Positions 26,220 through 40,688 of a stretch of DNA of 64,000 bases are shown here, piece after piece (position 1 is the stretch's first letter; each line of letters starts with the position of its first letter). Made by a program: the position numbers and the translations under genes. Source of the stretch: the human T2T-CHM13v2.0 reference genome, Homo sapiens; NCBI RefSeq assembly GCF_009914755.1, contig NC_060928.1, one strand, 5' to 3'. The notes under the pieces were generated by a model that searched no databases, was not told the origin of the DNA, and saw only the letters and a list, made by a program, of their open reading frames with translations.

Positions 26220-26590
26220 CTTCAATCCGCTTCTATTATTATTACTTCAAGTTTGAAATATATTTACTTATTCACTTAAAATAACAATAATAAACTTATT
26301 ACATGTTAATGTAAATAACATTGTTTTATGAAAAATACATTTTTCAAGTCAAAAAATTAGCTGAGATGCATTGTTTCACATTTTGCAAATTTCTTTAATG
26401 TCTGACTTAATGGACAGCTGGGTCATCAGATCTGTATTTCATTCACTCTGATGCAGCGTATTCTTTTGGTTGAAGTACCTGAAGATCCAACCTCACATAG
26501 GTATGTGGTTGGAAAAGGAGGAACTTATATACCCCTAAAAGGTTCTTGGGGAGGACCCAAGGATTCTCTTACCAAATTTTGAGAACCACT
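26220..26590. mobile_element. hAT-Charlie (Charlie1-related) DNA transposon remnant
   Basis: ttttgcaaatttctttaatgtctgacttaat...ttttggttgaagta...gtggttggaaaagg...tttgagaaccact terminus. Confidence 0.65.
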
Positions 26591-29314
26591 TTCTTTAAAG
26601 TAACTCATCTACTCTCTGTATCTTTACCTTCAGTCTTCTCTAAGGAGGAGTTCTGAATTTCCTACAGATAACTTGGAGAAGGAAGTAAGCACTTTTGTTA
26701 TTTTGAAGTTAGTGACTGTGTCCTGATAGTAGTGTATAAGGTAACACTATAAAGAAAAACAAGAAAAGAGTTTAAGGCAAATTCAGGATAGTGTTTACCT
26801 CCAGTACAGAGGGAGAGTGATGCCATCTCACAGGATACCATGGGGCTTCAAAGCTTTTGTTAATGTGTTGTTTTTTGGGCTGGGTGTTGGGTATGTGAGT
26901 GTTTGTTCTATTTTCTTTACATGGTAAGGACATGTTGTAAAAGATTATGAGGTATCTACTTATATACTTAAAGAAACCTCTGGTTTTTAGTACTTGAGGA
27001 AACAGTAAATACTATATTTTGTATTCAACATTTTCTGCTTTTTTTTGGCTTGTATCTCTTGCATCTTTCTAGGACCAGTTTTTTAAAATACCCCTTTTGA
27101 TACCTGGCTCACCCATCAGAATTATTTTTCACTTCCTATACTTGTGTTAACATAAGATCCAAGGCTTGTGATTCCCTAATTGCTGCATGAATACACAGAA
27201 CTGGAGACTTGCAAGCTCAACTTTGGGACTAGAGTGATGAGATTTCTTGGTGTCTGAATGTTTGACTGTCAGACGACAATGGCTTTCAACCGTTCTAAGC
27301 CTTCTATGTCACATTGATCCTGGCCCTCAAAGACTCGTTGGTTGTTCTCCTTTCCACTAGATAATAGGCTGATTTTGTGGTATCTAAACAATCATAAAGT
27401 TGCACTTCTTGGAAAGGGTAACCCGCTATTTGACTTATGTTGGGAGCCATCCCACTCTGTAGTATCTTCTTGCTTGGCGTCAGCATTTTAGACTTTTGTT
27501 TTGATGACCCAATACCTCTAGTGAGGTTTTATTTGAAGTCTGATACCCACTCTGACATAGGCTCTGGCAGCCTTTAATCTTTTATCCCATTGCAAATGTT
27601 AGAATCCCATAATTTAACAACTAGAGTTTATGTACCTTTCCTCAATGACCCTTCTCCACCCATCTATGTTACAGATGATGATACTGAAAACCAGAGAAGT
27701 GGTGGTCCCTGTCACTTATAGCCAACCTAGCTGAAATAGGATTGGAAGCCCTGATGGATGTTTAGCTATGGAATATAATGGTTAAAGTAGTTTTTATGTT
27801 TTTTTCCTTATTTGCCTTAAGGTAGATAAGCCCAGCTACACAATATAACATGGAATGAGGTAGAGAAAGAAGAGTATAGTGTTCTAAAGAAAGCATTTTT
27901 GGTGGGAGAGAAATTTAAACCATAGTAAAAAGCTCAAGAGAGAGAGAATATGGCAGTAAATAATATGTGACTTTGAATTTTTTAAAGTTTGATTTTAGAA
28001 TGCTCTCCCCTTTGTTACACTTACAAAAATATTACTGCTTAAGTAGATGATATCTGAACATGGTTTCCAAGGGCCTGAGTAAACTATTTGTAATTACCTC
28101 ATGGATTGTTAGGAAATCAACAAAACAGGTATTTTATGTTGCTGCCATGGTGGCTAGTGGTTGAACATTTGTTCCAAATTGCAAGTTGCAGAGAAGTGCA
28201 TGTAAAGGAATGTGAGTGTAATTAAAATGCCTTCAGAAATGGGGGTCTAAGTAAATATTGTATTTATTAAGTGAAACAGCACAAGTGAAATTACCAACTA
28301 ATGCCTAGCTCAGGGTAGGCTTTAGAATAATGAATATTAGTTTTCCTGAGAGTAAAAGTATTGCTAGTTTTTAAAGACTTATTTTTAAATATAAGCTCAG
28401 AAGTGGATAATGGAGTTTCATCAGTAAATCAATATTTTTTTTCATTAGTCTAATTTTAATACCAGGTAATGAGCATTTTTAGCCTTTCTAAAAAGGATGA
28501 AGGAGTGAGTCTGGGGATGTCCTCTTATCCCAAAAGGTTCGTCTTTTTTTTTTTTTTTTAGGATGATTAAGTTGATAAAATGGCTTACCAGTTCCTTGCA
28601 CATACTAGGTAGAGATACAGAAAATATTTCTTCTCTAGCCCATACTACCGAAAGGTTATTTGTTTGTTTGTTTTTGGTAATACAAGCATATGTGTGTTTG
28701 CTCCTCAGTAGTCTATAAGAAGCTAAGGAGGAAGTGGTGGGAATATCTGATATGTTAGTCATGTGGTTTTAATCAGTCAGGACTGCTAACTGCATCCTTT
28801 CTTGTTTTTCTTTGCAACTTCTATGTAAGCTTTGGTTGATTTTTCTCTGCAACTAATTCTTACAGCTTTGCCAGAGAAAAGTAAGAAAGGAGACTTGATA
28901 ATCCTTGCTCTTAGAAGAGTGTGAGAGAGAGTAAGAGTGATTGCTGTAGGCTGCCTAACCTTAATCTGTACTCTCTGGGTTAGACTTACTCTGCTTCTTT
29001 TCTGTGAGAAATATAAGAAATCCACTCCAGCAGCTGGTGGTGGAGGTCTCTTCTTGGATTCTTCCTTCTCTTGTTTCCTGCTGTTCCCACTTCCCGTAGC
29101 TCCCACGTTGCTTTCCTTGTGTGCTCTTACTTGGTGGAATAGGGCCTGTGCACCATGACAACCTACCTCTCCAGCGATTTCTCACCTTGGAAGTTGGTGA
29201 CTTCTGTAGTGTGATGTGCTTGGGTGGGCCACGCATGTCCCTTGATGGCCAACACACACATCACTCTCTGGTTTATAAAAGGTTGACCAGAGGTAACTTT
29301 TCTAGACTCCCAGG

Positions 29315-29530
29315 CTCTACTAATGTAGTGGCCTGGGCTTTGGAGGAAGCCTGCTTGGCTTTGACTCCTGGCCCTACCACTTACTTGCTGCACAACCCTG
29401 AGCAGCTTAATCTCTTAGAGCTTCACTGACCTCCACCGTAAAATGGGAATAATAACGGTGCACACCTCAGAGGCGATTGTGAGAAGTAAATGAGACCTAT
29501 GTAAAATACTCAGCATAATGCCTGCCATAT
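29315..29530 (+). mobile_element. MIR SINE
   Basis: ccacttacttgctg...gtaaaatgggaataataac...gattgtgagaagtaaatgaga. Confidence 0.75.
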
Positions 29531-29892
29531 ATGTATAAAATAAGAGCTTTATACTTGTGAACTTTAGCAGAATAGTTTATTTCCTGAGAGCAAACACCCC
29601 TACAACGTTTGACCTCTTCACTACCGTGTCTCTCCCTCCCTGCAGTTGATTGTGACTAAGTGTTGGGAAGGGTTCATACTGAAGCATGTGGCTGGAGTAT
29701 TGACATCCCTTTTCTCCATTTTCCAAGGGCCCTCTTAAACTTCACTTCCTCCATCAAACATACCATGGGCATTTCAGCCCATAGTGAATGCTCCCTCCCA
29801 TGAATTCTCTATCACTGCACTGCTGCTCCATGGCTGTTGTTTTTGGTTGGGGAAGTCAGGTTGTATAGACTTTGTGAGAAATAAGTTGCTGC

Positions 29893-30260
29893 ATTCATTC
29901 ATCCTAAACATATGGCCCTGGCTACTTGTGATGTCATGGTACATACAGTTCAAAGTAAGATGAATAAGACAGGGTTCCTGTCCTCAAAAAATGTACATTC
30001 TTTTGGGGGCCTGACCAAGTGAGAAACTAAGTGTACTGCTAGATGCAAGATGTGACCAAGGACCCAAATAGAGTGGACCTTTATAAAATAAGAAGCAATG
30101 GTGTCTAATTCAAGGAACCAGGGAAGGCTTAGTGAAGAAAGTGGCATTTTGCCTGGAATTTTGAGGATGAGTAGGATTTGACAAGTGGAGTTGAAGGTGG
30201 AGGCATGCTCTGTGCAGAGGTCGGTATGCTTTGAAAAGAGTCAGTTGTCCAGTTTAGTGT
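29893..30260 (-). mobile_element. L2 LINE fragment
   Basis: cattcattcatc...gatgaataagacagggttcctgtcctcaa...agggaaggctt...ggatgagtaggattt. Confidence 0.6.
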
Positions 30261-30387
30261 ATGGGCGGTGGTGGACTTAGAATCTGGCAAAACTGGTTTG
30301 AATGCTGGTTCTGCCATGAATTGAACTTTAGTTTCCTTCTCTGTAAAATGGAGCCAATAGTATCTACTTCACAAGTTATAAGGATTA

Positions 30388-30772
<385 letters not shown>

Positions 30773-33028
30773 TCAAGCATGGTGACCTTTGAATGCCTTG
30801 TTTGTTTTTGCTAAACCATACTTAGTATTGTGGTCTTTTCATAAATGTTTGATAAAATTGTTTTTTGATTGATTGATCTAGGGAAATGGCAGACCCCTCT
30901 TTTTTTGTTCTGTGGATAAAAAAGTGGTAGAGCCTGTTGCCTTTTTTCCTTCTCTGGGTATTTTAACCTTCATCATATAGGTACTCCCAGCAACTTTAAA
31001 CTGATACTTTGAAAAGATAGTGATCTACTTTTCCACCTTGATCCCAGAATATGAGGTGAAGTATGAGGTACATTTATTGGTGCTCTGTTCTCCATGGGGA
31101 CTAAAGCTTCACCAGTTTGTCTGTCCAAACACATCAGGTTTTACAGTGATTGTTTCTTGGGTGTTCATGCATGTGACTTGTGGCTGTCACACTGTCTTCT
31201 GAATTATTAATATCCGGGCTAAAGGGTGGATAGGAAGTGGAACTGAGAAGGAATCGTGGGGAATTGCTGCCAAGCCTTGTTTCCTTATATCGGTGGCTGC
31301 AGCTGCCACATTGCGCTAAACCCACTCCCGGTAATAAGCAACCTAAGTGTGTACATTTGGTGCAGATGTGGCAAAAGAGGCTTAACTCTGTGTAGCCATG
31401 ATTACAGTGAGATACGTGGTCTGACCCTCTCTATGTGGGAAGGGATTTGAGGCTTGGATTTTTCTCAAATTCAAATGGGAAAGTAGTTCTTGTTTTTGCC
31501 AGTGTAATCATCACTTATTTCCCTTAGCTTGCCATTCATTTTATCTATGTGAGTAATAATTATTCAAATGGACCATTAGGCTTTGGGAGTGTTTAATGGC
31601 AGCCACCTGGATCAGTGCCTAAGATTTTTGCTAATTCTGGTTTGTCTTTCACCCTGAGTCTCATTTAACTTCAGTTTTTCCTTCCTACAGATCGTATGGA
31701 TTACAGCAAGGATCTCTTGCCAAGCTATAATCTTTCAAGTTTTGATTTTAGCTTAATGCTTCCCTGTAATCATGCTATCAAGACTGTCAGAAACATATTC
31801 CCATTCACATATCCCATACTCTTAATCTATCAATCTAGGACCATTGATGTGGAATTGGACCCGATCTTGCTGAGAAGTCTGGGCTGCTGACCCAAACCTT
31901 TTGTGCTTTGTGGTAACAACATGAGTAAAAATGTAACCTGTGCTCTTGCACATATTTTATCATCTCTTTTTGAGAGCTGATGGGATTTATAACGGATTGT
32001 TGTATGCAGTTGCATTTTCCCTGTGTTCTACTTGGGCCCTACTTGATTATTCAGACATATCAACATGATGATAATGATAAAGAAAATGGCTCTTTAAGAG
32101 ACATTTTTAGTGGACAATGGAGGGGGTGGAGAGGACTGTGGGAACATTCTTGTGAGCTGCAGCATGTGAAAAGGTTTGTTTTGCATTAACTGATCAAGAC
32201 AAGAAAGCCAGCATATAAAATCTTCTATCAATAGGAGAACTTTGAGAAAAGAGGAAAATTGTAATACAGCCTCTTGGGTCTGCTTTCCTAAGCACAACAG
32301 TATGTGTGAGAAAAACTCTAAACCAACTTTCTCTTACACCTAGGTGGATGCTTCTACAATGTGCAGTTAACTTTCTGTAAGGCAGAAAGTTGTCTCTGCT
32401 AGTGGGAGTATTTATTGATTTATTAGGGGTTATTTGGTCCTATTTTTTGAGAAGGAGAACAGAGTAAGGAAGGAGTAAGAAAGCTTTAGCTTGATTAGAA
32501 TGGCTGAACTTGTAGCGGTAACAAATAGAGTCTGTTTATTAGCTTCTCTGCAAGATATGCATTTTTTTTTTTTTCATGCTCTGCAGAAGTTTGCATCAAA
32601 TAGCTTACCATTTGGATGGTTGCCCCAGCTGGTAATCTGGGTTAAAACCTTGACTGAGGCAATTCTATACTCATGATCCCTTGGTGTGCTGGTCTGGTGG
32701 GAAGATATGTTTGTAAGTACACTAGGGAGTGGGAAACAGAAAAGTCTTTCATGACGTGGCTGCTCAGTGATTGTTTCTAGATCTCTCCCCCAAGTGACAC
32801 TCGAATACTTAGTAGCACATCCTGGGCATAATGCTCCCCATTTAAGGACTATTTCCAGTAAACTGAAAAAGAATCAGTTTTAAAGTCTTACATCCTCTAC
32901 TCTTAGTTTTCCTAGTTCATTGATTTCCCTGCCCTTTGGGCCTCTTTCCTTTTCCTGCTGCCTTCCTTGATAGATTCTACCTCTTTCTTTCCATCCATCT
33001 CCATTCCCTTTCTGCAACTATTCAAATC

Positions 33029-33325
33029 TTTTTTTTTTTTTTGATTGAGATGGAGTCTTGCTGTTGCCCAGACTGGAGTGCAGTGGTGTGATCTTGGCTC
33101 ATTGTAACCTCCGCCTCCTGGGTTGAAGCGATTCTCCCACCTCAGCCTCCTTAGTAGCTGGGATTACAGGCGGGTGCCACCATGCCTGGCTAATTTTTGT
33201 ATTTTTAGTAGATACGGGGTTTCACCATGTTGGCCAGGCTGGTGTCAAACTCCTGGCCTCTAGTGATTGCCTGCCTCAGCCTCCCAAAGTGTTGGGATTA
33301 CAGGCATAAGCCACCACCCCCGGCC
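33029..33325 (-). mobile_element. AluS, antisense
   Basis: Poly-T then gagatggagtcttgctg...ccaccaccccccggcc-like head. TSD caaatctt / cagatctt. Confidence 0.96.
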
Positions 33326-33861
33326 CAGATCTTATTTCATCTTACCATAACCTAGGGCAAAACTGACCTGCTTTAAGAGAGTTTTACATTTTTGCTCTGG
33401 TCCACATTCATCTCCATTGTCTAACCCTGTAATCTTTGTAGTATATTTCATCATGAAACATTTCAAAATCATCTTCCATTTTACCTCAATAACTTATCTC
33501 CCTAATAAGACTCAAATTCCTTAAGAATCTTTTGTATTTCCTAGAATTCTTGTTACAAACACAACACCTAAACATTTGCAGTTTACTTTCATTTTTGGAA
33601 GGCTTCCTCCAAAGGCTAGCTAGTTTGTGGTTAGCTGCCCTTATCAGATTCAGTGTAAAAGGTTTGCCTTGGTAGCCTGAGAGGGATCTAGTTTACCATG
33701 CTTTTACTAATATCTATCTTTTTTCTCCTGGAGACAGTTGTGTGTTTTTTTTGTTGTTTTTTGTTTTTGTTTTTGTTTTAGCTGGGGAAATGCCAATATT
33801 CATTATTATATCTTATCCTAAAGTTACACAGGAGAAATAGGGATGTTGAAATAATGTATAC

Positions 33862-34457
33862 TTTGGTAGGCAGAATCCGAAAATGGCCCCAAGATCCCAG
33901 CCCCCTGGTGTACACGCTCTGCATAATCCCCAGAACTTGTGAATATCACTCCCACAGGTAGGTTATGGCACAGCTGTCGTTTAGAAATGGAGATTGACCT
34001 GGGTGGACCTTACCTCATTAAGCAGTCCCTTAAAAGGGACCAGACTGTTCCTGAAGAAGGATATTTGACATGTGAGAGGGACACAGGGAGATTTTTCATT
34101 GCTGACTTTGAAGACAGAGGTGACCTCGTGGCTTGGAACCGTCAGTGACTTTTTGGAGCTGAGTGCAGCCTCTGACAGCGAGTAAGGAGAGAAGGCCCTC
34201 AGTCCTACAGCTGCAAGGAATTGAGTCTGCCCACATCTGGAATGAGCTTGGAAGAGGGTATTTCCCCAGAGCCTTGAGAGGACAACCTCCTTAGCTTGGC
34301 CCACACTTTGATTTCAGCCGTGTGATAACCCAGGCAGAAAGTCCAGCTACACCATGCCCAAACTTGTGACCTATGAAACTGACTGCTAATAAATGGATGT
34401 TGTTTCAAGCCACTAAATTTGTGATAATTTGTTATATGGCAGTAGAAAACTAGCACA
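33862..34457 (+). mobile_element. MLT1E/F-like MaLR solo LTR
   Basis: Starts tggtaggcagaat...aaaatggcccc and ends ataaatggatgttgtttcaagccactaaatttgtgataatttgtta...agaaaactagcaca. Confidence 0.85.
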
Positions 34458-34543
34458 TGCCCCACATTTATGTAAACAACCCCTATTCCATCCTGATATT
34501 GTTTTATCCAGGGTTGAGATTAAGACACAGTAGAACTCTTAGA

Positions 34544-34845
34544 GGCCAGGTGTGGTGGCTCATGCCCGTAATCCCAGCACTTTGGGAGGCCGAGGCAGGC
34601 AGATCACAAGGTCAGGAGTTCAAAACCAGCCTGGCCAACGTGGTGAAACCCCGTGTCTACTAAAAATACAAAAATTAGCTGGGCGTGGTGGCAGGTGCCT
34701 GTAATCCCAGCTACTCGGAAGCTGAGGCAGGAGAATTGCTTGAACCCTGGAGGCGGAGGTTGCATTGAGCCGAGGTCGCGCTATTGCACTCCAGCCTAGG
34801 CGACAGAGCAAGACTCCATTTCAGGGAAAAAAAGAAAAGAAAAAA
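34544..34845 (+). mobile_element. AluS (Sg/Sc-like)
   Basis: Dimeric Alu with TSD agaactcttag. Confidence 0.96.
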
Positions 34846-37800
34846 AGAACTCTTAGGAAGACTTGAGGATTTTGGCCATAATTGTTTAGTAATATTTGTA
34901 GAGCAAGACCAGATGTTAATTGGTATGTTTATTTCCTCAATATGTATCATGGTTTTGGTCATTTCTGGTATAATTCCTCAATTTTCAGGTGCTGGAAATG
35001 TGTCACTGGACTCAGATGTTCTAGGTCAGCCTGGATTAGGAACTGAACATGCCTTGGGAGGAGAAAGCAGCCAGGTTGTGACTAGGGGAAACAGCCCTGG
35101 TGCTTTTGTTCATGACTTGCTTGGAACTGGATTGGATTTTTTTTTTTTCTTCTCTCACAGAGACTGCCATCACATGGCCATTACTGTAACTGAAAATCCC
35201 CTGCCTTTTCAGAAAGGCACAGAAATATATGGTATCTTTCAGAAAGGAAGTGGCTAATTTATATCCGGTGATAGAAATGGTGGCATCGGGAAGGAAGCGT
35301 CCCATCCATATTTCATTATTTGCTGATGAATGCATTCAGTGAATAGAAATAGATGAACTGAGCCACAATATTTCTCAAACAGGAAATACTGAGGAATAGA
35401 TGTGTGAATATGAGTAGCACAGGACATAAAAAGTTGAGGAAAAAACTTCCAACTGCTTTGAGCCTCTTAATTCTATTTGACCTCCTATTCGTCACTGTTT
35501 TGAAGATATTCCATAGGATAAAGACAGGGCAGGAGGGACAAAAATGACCCAAATAAACAACAGTGAGACAAGTGGGTGGTTTTATGCTCTGCAAGAGACG
35601 TGATATGTCTTAAATGGAACTGGGTTGTTTGGGACCCACTGGACAGCAAGAGGGTTTTGAAATGGTTTATGACCTCTTCCCCACTTCCCCGCTTGCTTTG
35701 CTCATTAGTGTTCCTAGGTGGCTGCTGGGTGACGGGCTTTTCATCATCTCTGATGTGGGCCAGTGCGAAAGAGCAGCTGCAACATCTGTTTCTAATTGGG
35801 TCGTGCCTTTATAAATACTTCTTGCCTATTTGTCACATTGCTTCCCTCCCACCCTGTCTTCCTTGGAGTACTGCAGAATCTGTAAGCGTCCCTGGAATGC
35901 ACACGTGGACCTTGTCATTCCCAAACAGACTTTCTGCTGGTCAGCACTTTGTAATGTTCGGCTGTTACAGGCATTAGTCACTTGTGCTCAGAGAGAGACT
36001 GTGGTCTTTGGAAACTGAAGAAAATGTCTTTTTTGTTGTTGTTAATTCTTGGCATCCAGTTAGATTTAACTTCTCAAGAGTTTACACAGACTTTTAGAAA
36101 AACATTCTGTCTCTAAGAAAAAAGTGCTCTAGCTTTGTACAATTTTTGGATTTTCACACTTGGTGGTTGTTTGCTGAAATGCTGTTTTGCTAGTGATTCC
36201 CCTCCTCCCCCTATCTGGGGTTGTAAGCAGCTCTGGGGCTCTGTTCACTTCGGATACCTGTTTCTGGGGACTGCTTTTCAACAGAGTTTTTCCTAAGGGC
36301 ATATGAGAAATTTAATTTCTGATGGAATGAAGGTGAAACTCTAGTCCCAGGTAAACCTGGGTAGGCTGTAGAGACAGAAAGGGGGCTGCAGGTCTAGGTG
36401 GAAGAACGAGAACGAATGCAGCATGGTATTTCCAGGCCTTTTAGATTCGGCTTCATCCACAACCAATGTGAGTTCTTATCTGCAAAGCGGGCCTAAGTGT
36501 AATGGAGGGAAGGTGGGCCAGGCACCAGGGTCCTGGGTTCTCCCGCGCCTCACTCTGTCTCCACCTGGCCCATGCATAAAGAACACTAGTCAAGTAGCCA
36601 TTGTACCTGTTTCCTTATCTGAAAATGAGAAGGTTGGAGAGTATGACTTCTGTTGAAACAACAAGGCGCTTACAAATTTTGGTGAAGTCGAATGAGGGCA
36701 GTGTTAAGAGAAATATCAAAGTTAGTCATTGGATTTCAGGGCTTAGGGATGGAAACCAGCTGGTAGTAGACTGGTTGTAGTTATGTCCAAAGGGCAGAGT
36801 GGGAAAAATTTGGCCGAAAAGAGTGTGGTGGGTGACCAGCAAATGTTAGAGGTATACATCAGGGCACAGAGGAGAAAAGCTAACATGATACTGATGACTT
36901 CAAGTCTTCACTGTCCAATTCAGAGGATAGGGGAGGGTTTAAGCTGATTAAACAGTGGGCTTTTTTTCTCCTGCAAGAGGGTGGAGGTCTATAACTGTGC
37001 AGATTTTATCAGATGCATGCTAATACATGTTATTCTGGGGGACTCTCTTATACCTTGAAGTAGACATTGCTGCTATTTGGCGTGAAAAAAATAGGAGGAC
37101 TTATTTGAATTGAGAATGGGGATAGGCTGAGTTCCACCGAGATGTTGGCTTAGAGATGCCTGGGCCATGCTGTACAGTAGGAAGCCCAGCAGAGGAGATT
37201 GGGCTGTGTGGGTCATGACAAAGGGAGTTGTTAGCTTATGGTTGGCTATTAAAGTCATGGGCAAGGATGGGCAAGAAAAGTGTGTAAAATGAGCTGACAA
37301 AAGATAAATATGTTAATTAATTCTTTACAACAGCCCTGTGAGAGAATGTGTCTTAAAGCTGACAAAACTGAGGCAAAGTTAAATACCCTAGGTCACACAG
37401 CTAAACTATGAAAGAGGTGCTCTTGTCTTGACTTCACATGTTGGGCACCTTCCACTACACTTTTCCACTTTTCCGATTCCTCCTGTCACTTTCAACATGA
37501 CTTGGTTCTACTATTAGAAAAATTAAGTTCTCCTATTTTACTCTGTTAACCTACCTATTAGCTACAATAAATATTGTGGGCTTACCTCCTCAAAAAAGAT
37601 CTTTATTTAGTATTATTGTTATTGATGTTCCTGGATTTTAAAAATCTTATATATTTTCTATTATAAAACTACAGCTTTTTTTTCTTTTGTAATAATTCAA
37701 ATGTTACAGAAACAAAACAATTAAAAGGTAACATTTCCCGAAAATCTTACCAGCCCCAAAGAAAACCCCCACACGGCATTAATTTTGTAAGGATCTGGAA

Positions 37801-39316
37801 AAGCAAAATGTGTTCCTCTACTGGGAGTCTTCTGGAGAAAGTTACTTGGAGATAGCACTTGGAATTGGGACAATTATTCAGTATTAATCAAGTGCTTTTT
37901 TGGTTATATGATATGTTTTCCAGAGTGGCTCCCTGGGTTTGGCATTCTGAGCTTATCTACCTGGCTTTGTGACCTAGGGGCTGGCCCCTGGATGCTCCTC
38001 CTTAGTCTCAGCTTCCAGCTGGGCCGCACTGAGAAGTTGTTCTTTCCTTGTATTACCATATGGTTTTTCTCTTAACAGTTCCTCACTGCCGCCTGGCGCT
38101 CTCTGTTCTGCTGCTTGTGTGAGACAATTTCCTTGGGGGTTTTCTTGGCTCTAGGCATGGGATTTCATGGTATAGATGACAAGCAGAGTAGCAAATGTTG
38201 TTCAAATCATCTTTAAAGAATGCAATTCTCATTGGTAATGAGATGGTCCAGACATTTTATATTATGAAAGTTACCCCAGCAATGCTTAGCTTTGAAAGCA
38301 TCCCGATGCTGGCTTCATAGCTGTGGTTTGGGTCAAAACTTTGCATTCCAGTGTTTTCCCTTTTGCATGAGAACTAAGGGCGTTTCCCATCTTCCCATTA
38401 ACCTTCTTTTTTTAAAAGAGAATGTGAAACCAATTCAATACTTTCTAGAATGCAGTCAGATAAGAGTGTGTATCTACAGAAATGATTAATCAGGGTACTT
38501 AAATAAAACTTACTTTGCGGACAGTTCGTGAGGCCAGAATTTCTCCAGATACTGGGAGGTGGCTGGTGGTCAGTCAAAGATTTTGTGTGCGAGACAGCAT
38601 GTTCTTTTCTTTACCTCTCTTCAGCTCAGAGGCGTCTGTACTACTGAAATAGGACCTCAGAAAAAGACATGACCTAAGATGAAGGGGTATGTACTTTTTC
38701 TCTTTTCCAAGTGGGTATTCTGTAAGGAGAAAAGACAGAGCTCAAAGGAGTGTACTGTACATGTCTCCTCTGCCCTCTGCTGCCCCATGGTTTCATCTCA
38801 GCTCTCTTTAAAATTGGACATCTGTTCCCTTGAAACCTGAGTTCTGATATTTCTACCTTCTCCCATCAGGTACTGCTGCTCAGAAAGACTATTTGTTTTC
38901 ATCTGAATATGTGAAACCTGCACATCAGCTGTACACAGGGGCCGCCTATTAAATTAATATTCAACAGTGCTTTGGACTAATACATATTTTTACATACTAT
39001 AGGCTGGTGAATTCACTCAAAGAATGAGTAGTTAATCACATGAGTTATAAGGCTACACAGCATCCTGTCCTTTGGATAGCTTTATGGTTATGTATTTGTG
39101 ACTATTTGATTGACATCTGTGTGCCCCATTACCCTGTACGCTCCATGAGTTGGGGAGGCTTTGTTTTTTCATCATGGTATCCTTAGCATTTAACACAGTG
39201 TTCTACCCACACTGGTACTCGATGAATATTTGCTGAATGAATGAAAGCATGAATAAAGATTTGCTTTTCTTTTTGAGAACAGATAACTAACTTATACAGA
39301 GAAGTCATTTCCTAGG

Positions 39317-39491
39317 TTTTTTGTTTGTTTTTTTATTTTGGAGATAAAGTATATCACTCTGTCACCCAGGCTGGAGTACAGTGGCACAATCCTGGCTCAT
39401 TGCAGCCTCTAACTCCTGAGCTTAAGCAAGATCCTCCTGCGTCAGCCTCCCAAGTAGCTGGGATTATAGGCATGAGCCATTGCGCCCAGCC
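39317..39491 (-). mobile_element. FRAM/FAM-like Alu monomer
   Basis: Single right-arm-like monomer with T-tail and TSD cctaggtttt. Confidence 0.85.
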
Positions 39492-40688
39492 CTAGGTTTT
39501 GTTTTGAGGATATAAATCCACTTTTCAAAAATCTCGTGGATGACTGGAGATGTAGCCAAACAAAAAGAAATTGCTTTTAAGCAGGGCATTTGTAAACAGT
39601 GGGTACATAACTTTCTTAGCTAATTCATATGTATTGTAGTTAAGCAGAAATTAAAAGTTGAGGTGGAAAACACAGAGGTTATGCACACAGATTTCCATTT
39701 GGTTTGGAGTTTCCCAGCATAACTGATAGAAACTCCCTTTCATGGGTCAATTAAAACTTGAGCCATCTTGATCTGGCCAGAGCAAATATGCTTCCAGGAA
39801 TTTTTCACCCTGTGTTGGCTTTCCTTAAGCAAAATGACGGAATTGGATTTATGCATCTCTAACATCCAGATTAAGAAGCCTTAGAATTAGAAAAAACAAA
39901 GAACCAGAGACTTTGTTTAGAGGTAATTTGATTAAATCTCCTCACTTTACAGAGGAGGAAACATAAGCCCGAGGATTAAGTGACTTGGATCAGTATACTT
40001 TATTTATCCATAATCTGAGGCGTTGAGAAAAATGTAATCACCATGTCTTGTTAATAAAAATCTCCAGCTCTCCACCTGAATACATAAATGTTATCTCTTA
40101 AATTTAAAAAAAAATAAATTTTAAAGAGAAAAATCTTTCTAAACTTAAATTGTAATACCTGATTTTAAAGGTAAAAATTAAATATTGCTTTCAAATGGAA
40201 ACGTAATTTTAATTTGTTTGGATTAAACAATTCAAATATCACCTTGGTAACATGCTGTCTTGCTTCCGCCTGCTGATAAGGATCAGAGGCTACGGCCTAT
40301 CTAACCACATCTACCGAAACACTTCATTTTTAAAAGTAAAGAAAAGGGATATCACTTCAGTTTAAGTATGGTGAATAAAATCCATCTGGGCACACCGAGC
40401 TTGTTAATTTCAGTAGACCCAGGGCTGGATTAAAATACAGTCATGTACTGCTTTACAAACTTTCAGTCAACAGTGGACCGCATATACAACCGTGGTTCTG
40501 TAAGATTATAAAACTGCACTTTTACTGTACCATTTCTATGTTTAGATATACAAATATTTACCATTGTGTTACAGTTGCCTACAGCATTCAGTACAGTAAT
40601 ATTCTGTACAGGTTTATAGCCGAGGAGCAATAGGCTATCCCATATATCCTAAGTGTCTAGTAGGCTATACCATCTAGGTTTGTGTAAG

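Noticed and set aside
34784-35257. 157-aa ORF with a hydrophobic stretch
   Set aside because: It begins inside an Alu with a non-ATG start, crosses the A-tail and a T-run, and has no recognisable homology.
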